Below, piece after piece: positions 20,958-31,256 of a DNA stretch of 64,000 nucleotides. Both the position numbers and the translations under genes were made by a program. This DNA comes from Promethearchaeota archaeon (GTDB taxonomy: Archaea > Asgardarchaeota > Lokiarchaeia > Sigyniarchaeales > SOKP01): the NCBI GenBank assembly GCA_048940645.1, contig JBHLOI010000001.1, forward strand, positions 32,001 to 96,000, read 5' to 3'. Within the stretch, counting starts at the first letter, position 1, and the number at the start of each line of letters is the position of its first letter. A model generated the notes under the pieces. The model saw nothing but the letters and a program-made list of their open reading frames with translations. It was not told where the DNA came from and did no database searches.

Positions 20958-22499
20958 TTAATTCCTTATTTCTAATAAACACGTTGGATCTGTTCCTAGT
21001 GCGCTTCCTGATGTTATAAATACCTTGGCTCTACAACCCCCACATATAGTTTTATAATTACATTTACCACATTGACCTTCGTATTTCAAACCACGATATT
21101 TATTTAGAATTGGCGAGCCAAGCCAGATCTTTTGGACATGATGTTTTTTTATATTACCAAGAACCGCAGGATTTAAAGGACAAGGTGTCACATCTCCATT
21201 TGATTTAATATGCAAAGTAAAAACCCCACACTCACATCCACTTATAAAAGGGTCGAAAGGGCTTTGTTTACTAAAAACACCGCTACTAAGCCTTTCAGAA
21301 AAATTGAAGTATGAAAGTGCCTCTTTTGAGAATATAATTTTAAAAAAGGGAGCTATAAACACTTTTGGAAATCTTTGGGCCATAATTCTAGCAAAAACAG
21401 GATTTTTATATGAAAGAGTTAAGGGATAATCTTCTTCAATAATTTTTTGCCAAATATCACATACTATAACACTAAACTTTTCTATCTGGAGAGGTGTCAA
21501 TGATATGTGGGCTTGTGAAGCTGCTTTACCAGAGGGAACAAAATCAACCATCTGAAATTTTTGAATTTTTAAGGCTTTAGCCAGATCAACTATTTCATAA
21601 ATTTGATGGACATTTAATTTCGTAATTGTAGTCCCTATACAAGTATATATACCTTCGTTAAGACAATTTTTAATAGCAGATATTGCCTTTTCAAAGGCGC
21701 CATTACCACGTATTTGATCATGGACATCTTTTAATCCATCAATGCTAACTTGAACATAACCAACACCTATATCCTTTAACTTTTTAGCCATTTCTGTGTT
21801 TATTAAGGTTCCATTGGAGGCGAGAGCAACATTGATGTGTTTTTTTGACGTATATTTCATAAGATCAAATATATCTTCACGAAGAAGAGGTTCACCTCCG
21901 AAAAAAACGAGAATAAAATTTTTAGCTTCAGATAATTGATCTATGACAGTACAAGCTTCTTCATAAGAAAGTTCATTTGAATCTTGGTCAACATAACAAT
22001 GAGTGCAATTCAAATTACACCGTTGAGTTACTGACCAAAATACAACTGGGGGTCCTATAGGGATAGTTGGTAATTTAAAACCATACCTACCGATTCCCTC
22101 TATATAAGATAATGCTAATTGTTTTAAAGGTTCACTTTCTCTCAAAATTTCTGAAAACTTTTTTTTAGGTATATTTAAACTACGACTCACAGCATTTAAA
22201 ACGAAGGAAATCAAAGTTGTATAAAAAAGCGTCTTATATTTGCATTTCCTACATAAAATCTTTTTGTTTATATAATAGTCTATAAAAATTTCAGAATAAT
22301 TTCGACCACATGTTGGACATTGTTTTATAAATAAATGAAAAAACCTAGTGATATGAAATTTATTTATTAAATTCCAAATTGCTAAATCTATCTTTATGGC
22401 TTTTGTTTTTAATTTTCTTTGCTCAATTCTTTTTGGAAATTCTTTGCTTACACTTTCTGGTAATTCAATATAGCTTAACTTTGAATATACTTTTACCAA
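20958..22499 (-). CDS. Radical SAM protein with SPASM domain and N-terminal Zn-ribbon-like extension
   Basis: CNLNCTHC, GGEPLLR, VSIDG, GDVTPCP, CGKC...ICGGCRA...DPTC; N-terminal CPTC/CRKC. Confidence 0.92.
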   Translation of the reverse strand: MVKVYSKLSYIELPESVSKEFPKRIEQRKLKTKAIKIDLAIWNLINKFHITRFFHLFIKQCPTCGRNYSEIFIDYYINKKILCRKCKYKTLFYTTLISFVLNAVSRSLNIPKKKFSEILRESEPLKQLALSYIEGIGRYGFKLPTIPIGPPVVFWSVTQRCNLNCTHCYVDQDSNELSYEEACTVIDQLSEAKNFILVFFGGEPLLREDIFDLMKYTSKKHINVALASNGTLINTEMAKKLKDIGVGYVQVSIDGLKDVHDQIRGNGAFEKAISAIKNCLNEGIYTCIGTTITKLNVHQIYEIVDLAKALKIQKFQMVDFVPSGKAASQAHISLTPLQIEKFSVIVCDIWQKIIEEDYPLTLSYKNPVFARIMAQRFPKVFIAPFFKIIFSKEALSYFNFSERLSSGVFSKQSPFDPFISGCECGVFTLHIKSNGDVTPCPLNPAVLGNIKKHHVQKIWLGSPILNKYRGLKYEGQCGKCNYKTICGGCRAKVFITSGSALGTDPTCLLEIRN

Positions 22500-22520
22500 T
22501 TATTATCCCCCATATTCCTA

Positions 22521-23885
22521 TCATTTCTTTGCCTCAAGCCACCATTGACCGGTTAATCTACCCTTATAACCCCCTTTGTACTGCGGATTTTTCGCTAATG
22601 AAAACTTTTCAAAAGTTCCTAAATGATCCTTTATTTGAGATAATAGTTCTTCTTTTGAAAGGGCCACATTGAATTCTTTCACTACTATTTCAGCCCATGC
22701 ATCCTCTCGGTACCTTCCATGCTTGAAACCATAATCTATCGGAGCATAACATCCCGTACAAGGCACATTAACATTTATACACTGTGCTCCGCATCCTGCA
22801 TTAGTTCTTGGACCCAAGCAAATATATCCCTGCTCTATAAAACAATCTTCTTCATTTGGCAATCCTTCATAGTCTCTTTTAACTCTCGTCATTTTCATTC
22901 TTCCCCTAATTCTTCCGCAAGTATCACAAACAGAGGATAATGGAATGAAATCTGAAGAGAGCTTAAGCCTCTTTGGAAATCTTGTGAATCGTAAGAAATC
23001 AACAATCTTTACTATAATTTCTTCAGTTTCTGAAGGCATTTGAGGTAGTTTCGGCCCTACTAAGAGAAAATTCGCTAGCATTGGTAGGTTTAGGAATAGA
23101 GGATAGAATTCTTGTAAAGTCTTTCGACTTATTTCATCTAAATTATCTAAATTATTGGTAATCTCTTTTAATTTTTCTGCCTTAGATGACAGAGTATTTG
23201 AAGGGCCTCGGCAACCCACGCATGGTGATTCCTTACTTGTGCATCTTGTTGTGCAGCCAGAGCTAGTTATTGGCCCAAAACAAAGAGTTCCTGAATCCAA
23301 AAGACACCCAGAATTATCTAATATACATTCATTACAGTAAGGATCATCCATCATCGGGAGTGGAGTTTTCCCTAATAATGATAGTATATTACTTACTATT
23401 GCTTCCGTCCTAGGTGGACAACCCACAAAATATGCATCAATGTTGATGCAATCGTCAATACCTTTAACGGATTCTTCGAAACCAGAAAGATGAGTAGTTG
23501 GTTCTTTTGAATTCTCAGTTGTTATAGATTCGACTTCCATAAATTTTCGTTTTATTAAATCTTCTAATGGAAAATTATTTGCCATTGCAAATACACCCCC
23601 CTGACATGCACAAGTTCCAAATGTAGTAAGTAATTTACACTTCTCTCTCATTAGTCTTAAATTTTCTAAATCTTGTTTTGTTCTTACAGCGCCCTCAACT
23701 ATTCCAACATCAATTTCACCATCTTCCCTTGCTTTCAAAGAATCGAGTTTATAATCCAGTACTGCTGGCCAATACACAATCTCTAACTCAGGTAAAACAG
23801 GCAGTAATCCGAGATGAGCATTTAAAAGACTTTGGTGGCAACCCCAACAACTGGATAATTGCACAAAAGCTATTTTAATTGACAT
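22521..23885 (-). CDS. mvhG: F420-non-reducing [NiFe]-hydrogenase small subunit-like protein (MvhG/VhuG) with duplicated C-terminal Fe-S domain
   Basis: SCWGC, VEGAVR, FGTCACQGG, GCPP; two copies of C..C...C(L/F)...G..C(F/L)GP.T..GC...C....PC.GC. Confidence 0.8.
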   Translation of the reverse strand: MSIKIAFVQLSSCWGCHQSLLNAHLGLLPVLPELEIVYWPAVLDYKLDSLKAREDGEIDVGIVEGAVRTKQDLENLRLMREKCKLLTTFGTCACQGGVFAMANNFPLEDLIKRKFMEVESITTENSKEPTTHLSGFEESVKGIDDCINIDAYFVGCPPRTEAIVSNILSLLGKTPLPMMDDPYCNECILDNSGCLLDSGTLCFGPITSSGCTTRCTSKESPCVGCRGPSNTLSSKAEKLKEITNNLDNLDEISRKTLQEFYPLFLNLPMLANFLLVGPKLPQMPSETEEIIVKIVDFLRFTRFPKRLKLSSDFIPLSSVCDTCGRIRGRMKMTRVKRDYEGLPNEEDCFIEQGYICLGPRTNAGCGAQCINVNVPCTGCYAPIDYGFKHGRYREDAWAEIVVKEFNVALSKEELLSQIKDHLGTFEKFSLAKNPQYKGGYKGRLTGQWWLEAKK

Positions 23886-24089
23886 TATTTTTGCAATATT
23901 TTATACTATTAAATTAAGATATAAGCTAAAATTATAGAATCATATAAAAACATATACAAAAATTTACACAAATTTGTAATCAAAAATGAATATTCAAAAC
24001 TGATATTGGAAACATTTACTTTTTCCGAATTTCATTTTATGCTAATTAACCTTTAATGCAAGCAAAATAAGTGGAAAGAAAATTATCCT

Positions 24090-24356
24090 TTATTTTTTAT
24101 AATGTGTTATTAAAAAGCTAATTAATTTGATTAATAAGAAGAAGCAAACTATCCAAATTGCGCAATCAAAAAATAAATTAAGCCAAGAAACTTCAACTGG
24201 GGCATTAGGATATATTGCTTGACTTAGCCAATAAAGTGGATAACCCCATTTCTGAGTACCAATTAAATCTCCCGTTGGATAAGGAACAAAACCTAAAATA
24301 ATATTTAAAACAATCCCGCTTATTATTGAAAGAATAAGAATTAATTTATTTTCCAT
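24090..24356 (-). CDS. Small two-TM membrane protein
   Basis: Two hydrophobic helices flanking WGYPLYWL. Confidence 0.7.
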   Translation of the reverse strand: MENKLILILSIISGIVLNIILGFVPYPTGDLIGTQKWGYPLYWLSQAIYPNAPVEVSWLNLFFDCAIWIVCFFLLIKLISFLITHYKK

Positions 24357-24440
24357 GAGCCTTACAAAAATCTATCTTATTTAAGATTTTCACTAAATTT
24401 GTTCAGGTGTCAAAATAAAGAAAGAAAATTAATTAAGTTG

Positions 24441-25628
24441 TTATTTAACCTCTACTTCTATTTTATCAATTATTTCTATTAAATCTAATACTTCAAAGTT
24501 AAAATTATAGTTATTATTGGCATCGCTTAGATTTCTGTGACAGAAAGGGCAAGTAGATGATATTATAGCTGCTCCAGTTTCTTTTGCTTCCTCTAGTCTT
24601 TCTTTTGAAATTTCTACTGACCATTCTGGATAACCAATTTTTACTCCACCTCCTGCACCGCAACACCAAGCAAAATTTCTGTTTCTTTTCATTTCTACTA
24701 GCTTTAGACCAGGAATTTGTTTATAAATATCGCGAGGAAGTTCATAAATCCCCATATGCCGCCCCAAATGACATGGGTCATGATATGTAACTGTTTTATT
24801 ATATTCTGATTTAAATTCTATTTTTCTTTCATCTAACAATTGTTTAACTAATTCGAGTGTATGAAAAACCTCAAAATCATGATCCTCTCCAAATTTTTCA
24901 AAATCTTTCATGAAAGTTCTGTAACAACCAGCACAGGAAGTTATTACTTTTGTAGCTCCAGTATCTTTAATTTGAGCATTGTTGTAATTCATATAATCTT
25001 TAACAATTCCTAATTGGCCTGTTCGTATCATTGGACTTGTACAACAATGTTCATCAATTAAAGTAAAATCAATGCCTACTTTTTTTAAAAATTTGAGAGT
25101 AGCATCTCGTATCGATTGCTGTCTATAGTTTGAGGTACAACCTATAAAGTAGACCCATTCTGCTTTATCTGGGAGTTCATATTCCTTCTTTAAATCCTCA
25201 TTATTAGAATTTATCTCTCCATATGGATTACAATTTTCTTCACATCGAGAGACTAAATAGTTCTGATTTTTGGCTGGGCCAATATGCTTCACGGCTAATT
25301 CTCTCAATGCTTCAATCATATCTACAATATAGTCTCTGTGAGGTGCTTGACAGGCATCCATACAAGCGCCACAAGTGGTACAAGCATAAATAGGATCTAT
25401 TAATTCATCATTCCATTCTAATTCTCCTCTCAAAGTACCACGAATGATTCTAATACGACCACTAGGCCAATATGATTCAAATAAGTATTTTTCACCTGAT
25501 GGGCATATTTTATCAAAACTCTTATATCCATATTTACACGAACTACATTTTATACAGTAATCGAATGCCATGTCAAGAAAATCTTTTCCATGCAATTTTT
25601 TATCAACTTCAACCATTACAAGTTCCAC
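24441..25628 (-). CDS. Fe-S oxidoreductase with two CCG domains (GlcF/GlpC/HdrD-like)
   Basis: CIKCSSC, CTTCGACMDAC, YFIGC, HCC, SCAGC, YHDPCHLGR, CCGAGGG, CPFC; true start probably 25616 (TAATG overlap). Confidence 0.9.
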   Translation of the reverse strand: MELVMVEVDKKLHGKDFLDMAFDYCIKCSSCKYGYKSFDKICPSGEKYLFESYWPSGRIRIIRGTLRGELEWNDELIDPIYACTTCGACMDACQAPHRDYIVDMIEALRELAVKHIGPAKNQNYLVSRCEENCNPYGEINSNNEDLKKEYELPDKAEWVYFIGCTSNYRQQSIRDATLKFLKKVGIDFTLIDEHCCTSPMIRTGQLGIVKDYMNYNNAQIKDTGATKVITSCAGCYRTFMKDFEKFGEDHDFEVFHTLELVKQLLDERKIEFKSEYNKTVTYHDPCHLGRHMGIYELPRDIYKQIPGLKLVEMKRNRNFAWCCGAGGGVKIGYPEWSVEISKERLEEAKETGAAIISSTCPFCHRNLSDANNNYNFNFEVLDLIEIIDKIEVEVK

Positions 25629-27094
25629 CTTCCTGGATTAAAGATATTATTAGGGTCCATACAGTTTTTAATTTTTTCAAATAATTTAATCCATCCTGGA
25701 TTGATTTTTCTTCTCATCTTTTCAGTCATCCATGTTGGTGTTTTATATGGAATACACCCATATTCTAAACAGATATCTGTAATCTCTTCCATTATTTTAT
25801 GAACGTGTTCTTCTTCCTTATATTTATTATAAGGTAGAATAGGACGAAATATTCCATAATGCCCATATTTCATGATTTTTCCATAAAGGATAGGGTTCTG
25901 AAAATCATGTTTCTTAAAAATTGCATCAACTTTTTCGATCAATTCTTCAAATTTATGGGTTGGAGCATAACTCCCGAACCATGTAAGGCCAGATTTAGGA
26001 ACGGTCGGAATTACAACAGCTGGTAAATCATATGCACATCGAGCTCTAAGATCAAAAATCCTAGCAAAATCATCTAAGTCAAGTAAAATAATATTCTTGC
26101 CTTGTTCATTTAGGTCACTTATGACTTTATGTAATAATTTCTCCTTAGCTTTAAATAATTCTTCAGTTTTCGCAGATATAGGCATAACAGCGATAAATTC
26201 AGGCTCACCAGGAAATTTCTTTGGATTTTCAATTTCAACTACTAATTTTACGGCTTGAATATTGAAATAAGAAATATCATCTACAGTTTCAGATTTACCT
26301 ACCTCTCTCAATAAAGCTGCAATATCAGTCAGACCAAAAAGTGCAGCAACAATTCCTTTCTGATAGGGATCATTTGGCCATAGTTGTACTGCACATTTAG
26401 TAACCAATCCTGTTGTACCTTGCCAATTAACAAACAATCCCATTAGATCTGGCATAGGATAACGTGACCACCATGAATCTGGATCAGATTCTTCTTCACC
26501 ATAAAAACAAGAACCAATTCTTGCTATTGTTCCATCCGCGAGAATGACCTCTAATCCATTGATAGAATCTCCCATTGAACCGATTTTACATGATAAATTA
26601 TTCATCCCACATAATATTGCATTGCCTACAACTCCTGCGTAGGGAGGAGCATAAGGATAACTATATCTTAAATTTGGATAATTTTTATCTAAATAATTTT
26701 TTAATTGACCAAAAGTAACACCAGGTTCAAGGATAGCATACATCATAGTTTCATTAATATGGAGAATTTTATTCATTTTTTTACCAAAATCTACAATAAT
26801 CCCCCCATGCTCCGGTATAGTAAGACCTCCTACATTATTTCCAGTAATATAAGGTGTAATTGGGATTTGATTAACGTTACAATATTTAACCAACTCTATT
26901 AACTGATTATTATTCTCTGGGATGACTACAAAGTCAGGCATATGAGGTTTAGATTCAGTCATATCATAAGAATAAGGGTATAAATCAACTTGTTTAGACG
27001 TTACATTTTCTATACCAAAAATATCTTTAAGTTTTTTAAAAACATCTTCCTTACTAACTTTTTCAAATATATTCCTCTCTTCTATTTGGGTCAT
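25616..27094 (-). CDS. FAD-binding oxidoreductase, VAO/GlcD/alkyl-DHAP-synthase family
   Basis: PDFVVIP, EPGVTFGQL, GLEVILADG, QGTTGLVT, DPNNIFNPG. Confidence 0.88.
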   Translation of the reverse strand: MTQIEERNIFEKVSKEDVFKKLKDIFGIENVTSKQVDLYPYSYDMTESKPHMPDFVVIPENNNQLIELVKYCNVNQIPITPYITGNNVGGLTIPEHGGIIVDFGKKMNKILHINETMMYAILEPGVTFGQLKNYLDKNYPNLRYSYPYAPPYAGVVGNAILCGMNNLSCKIGSMGDSINGLEVILADGTIARIGSCFYGEEESDPDSWWSRYPMPDLMGLFVNWQGTTGLVTKCAVQLWPNDPYQKGIVAALFGLTDIAALLREVGKSETVDDISYFNIQAVKLVVEIENPKKFPGEPEFIAVMPISAKTEELFKAKEKLLHKVISDLNEQGKNIILLDLDDFARIFDLRARCAYDLPAVVIPTVPKSGLTWFGSYAPTHKFEELIEKVDAIFKKHDFQNPILYGKIMKYGHYGIFRPILPYNKYKEEEHVHKIMEEITDICLEYGCIPYKTPTWMTEKMRRKINPGWIKLFEKIKNCMDPNNIFNPGRWNL

Positions 27095-27105
27095 TTCTCA
27101 CTTTC

Positions 27106-27528
27106 TCATCTCGTTTTTTTATTCAATTCATAGTAATTTAGGTTTTCTTGTTGAGCAACTCTCTGTAAACTAACCATAAAGATACTATAAAATCTAGCCA
27201 ATTTAGAACTATCTTGACCTAATCCTTCAATTTCCATATGTCCCTCCTCGATAGCAAAAAAAGGGTTTATTCTTTCATATGCCATATCTAGCATAGCGTT
27301 AATATGCATTTTAACCTTCAAATCAGGAATTTCAGGTTCGCCTATTTGGAAGGATATTTGATCTCCTTCAAAAACAACTGTTACAGGATAAAATGGTTCT
27401 ACATAAATAACAATTTTTTTATTCCAGTTATGGACTAGCTTATAAAACTCCTTTTCATCTTTTCTCTTGGAAAGCACATTATATAAGGCTATAGAAATCA
27501 AGTCTTCTGGTTCTTGTATTGAAATCAT
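27106..27528 (-). CDS. SCP2-like lipid-binding protein
   Basis: PDLKVKM...INPFFAIEEGHMEIEG resembles the SCP2 C-terminal signature. Confidence 0.65.
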   Translation of the reverse strand: MISIQEPEDLISIALYNVLSKRKDEKEFYKLVHNWNKKIVIYVEPFYPVTVVFEGDQISFQIGEPEIPDLKVKMHINAMLDMAYERINPFFAIEEGHMEIEGLGQDSSKLARFYSIFMVSLQRVAQQENLNYYELNKKTR

Positions 27529-27669
27529 TTTTATTTCCCTCTTTATTTCCCTCTGTTTTTAATAAAAAATATTTTCAATCTTAAATTATAAATAATTAAT
27601 TATTTTGAAAATAAATTGATTTCTAATAAACAATGAAGTCTAGTTAGGATTTAGGCAGACAGTTTAAAA

Positions 27670-28929
27670 TTAGGGGAACAAACCTCTCAATTCATGGGAT
27701 TTAGCTACATTTGAAATTGCTATCATGTAAGCAGCATTCCTAAGTGAACAATTTTGATTTTTTGATAGGTTCCAAACTTTTTCAAACGCTTCCAGTAAGA
27801 TTGTTTTCATTTCGCTATTTACTCGTTCCAAATCCCAGAAATAAGCATGAATGCTTTGAATATATTCGAAATATGATACAATTAAAGCTCCACTATTTGC
27901 TAAAATGTCAGGAACAACAATGATTCCTTTCTCATCTAGCACTTTATCCGCTTTGGAAGTCACAGGTCCATCAGCGCCCTCAAAGATAATCTGACAGTTA
28001 ATCTCATCAACGTTTTTGCTTGTTATTTGATTTTCAATAGCAGCAGGTATCAAAATATCACATTTAATTTTAAAAATATCTGGGATCATAATGTTTTTAA
28101 TCCCATCTGCTTTAAAATCCTTAAATTGTTTTCCTTCTTGCTTCCATTTTAAAAGGCTATTAGTAATCTCTAGACCTTTTTCTGAATAAATTCCCCCAGT
28201 ACTATCAGTAACCGCTAGAATCTTACAACCCTGTTCATGGAGAATTTTTGCGATTACACTACCTACTTTACCAAATCCTTGTATTACAATCTTTAAGGAT
28301 TTTAAATTAAAATTAAGTTTTTCAGATAATGCCTGTAATATATAATACATACCTCTACCTGCAGCTTCGTCCCTTCCTACTGTACCTCCTATTTCCAAAG
28401 GTTTGCCAACAGCTACACTGGGAACGGATCTTCCTTTTTGCATTGAATAGACATCCATCATCCAAGCCATTGTTTCTTCATTTGTATTTACATCTGGGGC
28501 AACGATATCTATATCAGGACCAATCATATTTATTATTTCAGCTGTATATCTTCTTGTAAGTCTCTCTAATTCTTTTTTAGATAAACTCTTTATATCCACC
28601 CGTACTCCCCCCTTAGAGCCTCCTAATGGGATTCCTAATAACGCATTTCTAAACGTCATTAAAAACGCTAAAGCTTTAATATCATCAAGTGTTAGATCAG
28701 GTAAATATCGTATGCCTCCTTTTGCTGGTCCACGAAGAGTAGAATGATGAACCCTATATCCTTCAAAAATTTTAAGTGACCCATCATCCATAATAATAGG
28801 AATGGAAACTATTAACGAACGTTCAACACGTTTAAGATATTCAATAGTATTAGGATGTAGATTAATTAAATGAGCAGCTATTTCTAATTGCTTTTTCCGA
28901 GTTTCGTATGGATTGGGTCTTGGAAGCAT
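27670..28929 (-). CDS. gdhA: Glu/Leu/Phe/Val dehydrogenase family protein (glutamate dehydrogenase-like, atypical active-site residues)
   Basis: GYRVHH, GPAKGGIRY, GGSKGG, APDVNT, IQGFGKVG, PAAIEN, VPDILAN. Confidence 0.85.
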   Translation of the reverse strand: MLPRPNPYETRKKQLEIAAHLINLHPNTIEYLKRVERSLIVSIPIIMDDGSLKIFEGYRVHHSTLRGPAKGGIRYLPDLTLDDIKALAFLMTFRNALLGIPLGGSKGGVRVDIKSLSKKELERLTRRYTAEIINMIGPDIDIVAPDVNTNEETMAWMMDVYSMQKGRSVPSVAVGKPLEIGGTVGRDEAAGRGMYYILQALSEKLNFNLKSLKIVIQGFGKVGSVIAKILHEQGCKILAVTDSTGGIYSEKGLEITNSLLKWKQEGKQFKDFKADGIKNIMIPDIFKIKCDILIPAAIENQITSKNVDEINCQIIFEGADGPVTSKADKVLDEKGIIVVPDILANSGALIVSYFEYIQSIHAYFWDLERVNSEMKTILLEAFEKVWNLSKNQNCSLRNAAYMIAISNVAKSHELRGLFP

Positions 28930-28967
28930 TATTTCACACTTATTAAATATTTTTTATTTATAAATCC

Positions 28968-30002
28968 TTATAAATTTACTAAACAATATTCGACAAATTT
29001 TAGAGGGTCTATAGCACATCCTCCTGAATCTAAACCTCCCAATTCATTTAATATACTCTCATCAATTGGATTTTCATTGAGCCATAAACCCTTCAAGTTC
29101 AATAAAGATTCTAAACCTTTAATTTTAGATATTTCGTTATTACCTAAATCTAAAGTCTCTAATTCTTGTAGTGTTTCTAATCCTTTAATTACGGAAATTT
29201 GATTTCCAGAAAGAAATAATTGATTTAATTTTACCAAAGGATATAATCCACTTATTTGACGTATTTTATTATTCTTTAAATTTAATACTTGTAAATTTTT
29301 ACAATTCTCCAATCCTTGGATTTTTTCTATTTGATTTGAAGTAATCTGAAAAGTATTCAAGTTTTTGAGTGAGCCTAATCCTTTTACTTCTGTTATTATA
29401 TTATCATTAAGATATAACTCTGTGAGGTCAATTAAGTTATCCAAGCCTTCTATTTCGGTTATTTGGTTTCCCGCAAGATTTAAAACTTTAAGCTTTTCCA
29501 AATTTTCAATCCTCTCTATTTTCTTAATTTGATTCCCAGCTACCCACAGAACTTCTAAATTCTCCAGATAATCAAGTCCTTTTAGTTCAGTGATCTCATT
29601 CCATGAAAGATCTAATTTTTGAACTGCTTCTAAAGTATCTAAACCTTTTATTTCTTCTATTCTATTACCTCGAAGATATAATTCTTTTAAATTAGTAAGG
29701 TTTTCTAGTCCTTTTATTTCAGTGATTTGATTTGAGATTAGGTGTAAAATCTGTAAATTTTCTAATTGATCCAGTCCTGATATATCAATTATACTATTAC
29801 TTCCAAGGTTTAAAATTTCTAGAGAAATTAGATGTCCTAAGCCTTTAATTTCAGTTAAGTCATTAGAGCTCAATTCAAGATTTTTTAAATCAATTGACTC
29901 TAATCCCTTAATTTCAGAGATGTCTTCGATACCTAATAATCCAAGATCAAGGAAATCCTCCTCAACTCCATATCTCTCACCCTTATATTCTACATAACTC
30001 AT
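28968..30002 (-). CDS. Leucine-rich repeat protein (SDS22-like 22-aa repeats)
   Basis: About 13 repeats of L..L.L..N.I.EIKGLE.L. Confidence 0.93.
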   Translation of the reverse strand: MSYVEYKGERYGVEEDFLDLGLLGIEDISEIKGLESIDLKNLELSSNDLTEIKGLGHLISLEILNLGSNSIIDISGLDQLENLQILHLISNQITEIKGLENLTNLKELYLRGNRIEEIKGLDTLEAVQKLDLSWNEITELKGLDYLENLEVLWVAGNQIKKIERIENLEKLKVLNLAGNQITEIEGLDNLIDLTELYLNDNIITEVKGLGSLKNLNTFQITSNQIEKIQGLENCKNLQVLNLKNNKIRQISGLYPLVKLNQLFLSGNQISVIKGLETLQELETLDLGNNEISKIKGLESLLNLKGLWLNENPIDESILNELGGLDSGGCAIDPLKFVEYCLVNL

Positions 30003-30136
30003 AACATTCCCATGACTAAAAATAACTATTTAAATAAAAATGGAAGCTCTGAAAAATATATTAATTCATATAAAATTTATAATTTATCTTTATAAAATTA
30101 GAATTTCATTTTATTTGATAAAAATAATGTGAAAAA

Positions 30137-31096
30137 TTATGAGAAAATATAATTATCAATATTATTATCCATTTCTAATACTTCATTTATCATCATCAAC
30201 AATTCTTCATGATTGAACTTATCTACATTTATAAACTTATTTGCTAATTCATAATATTTATGATAAATTTCACGCTCTACTAAATTTTTTAATTTAGAAC
30301 TAAAAGAATAAAGATAAGAATAAACCTCCTTATATTGCCCATGAGTTACTGATCCTTTAGCTAAAACCAAATTTAGTGATTCCTTTGCTTGGCTTAAGTA
30401 ATATCGTAATTTAGCTTTTCTTTCCTCTATTTCATTTATTAATGTTTTTGCACTTTTCTGGAATTCCACTAATGTATTTTTATCTAATAATTTCTCACTA
30501 ATGTTGATTATATCTTGGCATTTCTCGAGCTTTTTGAGTAAAATGATTTCCTTTTCAAAATTTTTTATTAGCTCATCTCTTTCTATTCTAAGTCTTTCTA
30601 TCTCATCCTTTATTTTTATAGAAATTTCTCCCTTTTGATCCCATATAGACTTTAAAATATCCCCGCGTTTCTCTATAATAAAATTTGGATCTAAAATACC
30701 TTTTTGAGATAACATTATTTCATTTATATCTTTATTAAAATTCTCGAATAAATCGCGGTTTACTTGATTTTCTTCAAACAAATCTTTATATTGTAACATA
30801 AGAGCGGTAATTTTTGGATTTAATTTACTGATATTTTTGCTGTCTTCTTTATCAGCTATTAAAATAAGATCAATTGAAAGTTCTGGAATTTGGGAAATAT
30901 AAGCATTAACTTCTCCTAATCCGACTGTTTTTAACTCATCTTTTTTATCGGACATGACTCCAGAAATAAACGCCTTCAATGCAGTATAAAAAGAGCCAAA
31001 CATATCCATATGTTTTTTATCCTTAACTTGAAAATCTTTATCGTATAAGAGTATTCCCGAATCAGATCGATAAAGAAATAAAAAGTAAAGCAACAA
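30137..31096 (-). CDS. Longin-like N-terminal domain protein with helical/coiled-coil C-terminus
   Basis: FLYRSDSGILLY.KDF...MFGSFYTAL..F...V pattern typical of Asgard longin-like domains. Confidence 0.6.
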   Translation of the reverse strand: MLLYFLFLYRSDSGILLYDKDFQVKDKKHMDMFGSFYTALKAFISGVMSDKKDELKTVGLGEVNAYISQIPELSIDLILIADKEDSKNISKLNPKITALMLQYKDLFEENQVNRDLFENFNKDINEIMLSQKGILDPNFIIEKRGDILKSIWDQKGEISIKIKDEIERLRIERDELIKNFEKEIILLKKLEKCQDIINISEKLLDKNTLVEFQKSAKTLINEIEERKAKLRYYLSQAKESLNLVLAKGSVTHGQYKEVYSYLYSFSSKLKNLVEREIYHKYYELANKFINVDKFNHEELLMMINEVLEMDNNIDNYIFS

Positions 31097-31256
31097 AATG
31101 ACCTCTCTATGGTGATATCTTAAAAAATGTTAATTTTTAATACTTATATTTCAATTACTTCTTGATATTATAAATATAATAAGAAATATTTATTCTACCT
31201 TTATTCCATAACTTTAAATTTTATAATTTTTCAAATAAATATCTAAATGAAATAAT

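Noticed and set aside
22521-23885. Possible selenocysteine or VhuU-type small gene around the MvhG-like subunit
   Set aside because: The ORF is uninterrupted and I saw no UGA-containing small hydrogenase peptide in the flanks
29000-29950. 66-bp periodicity
   Set aside because: Explained by the 22-aa leucine-rich repeats
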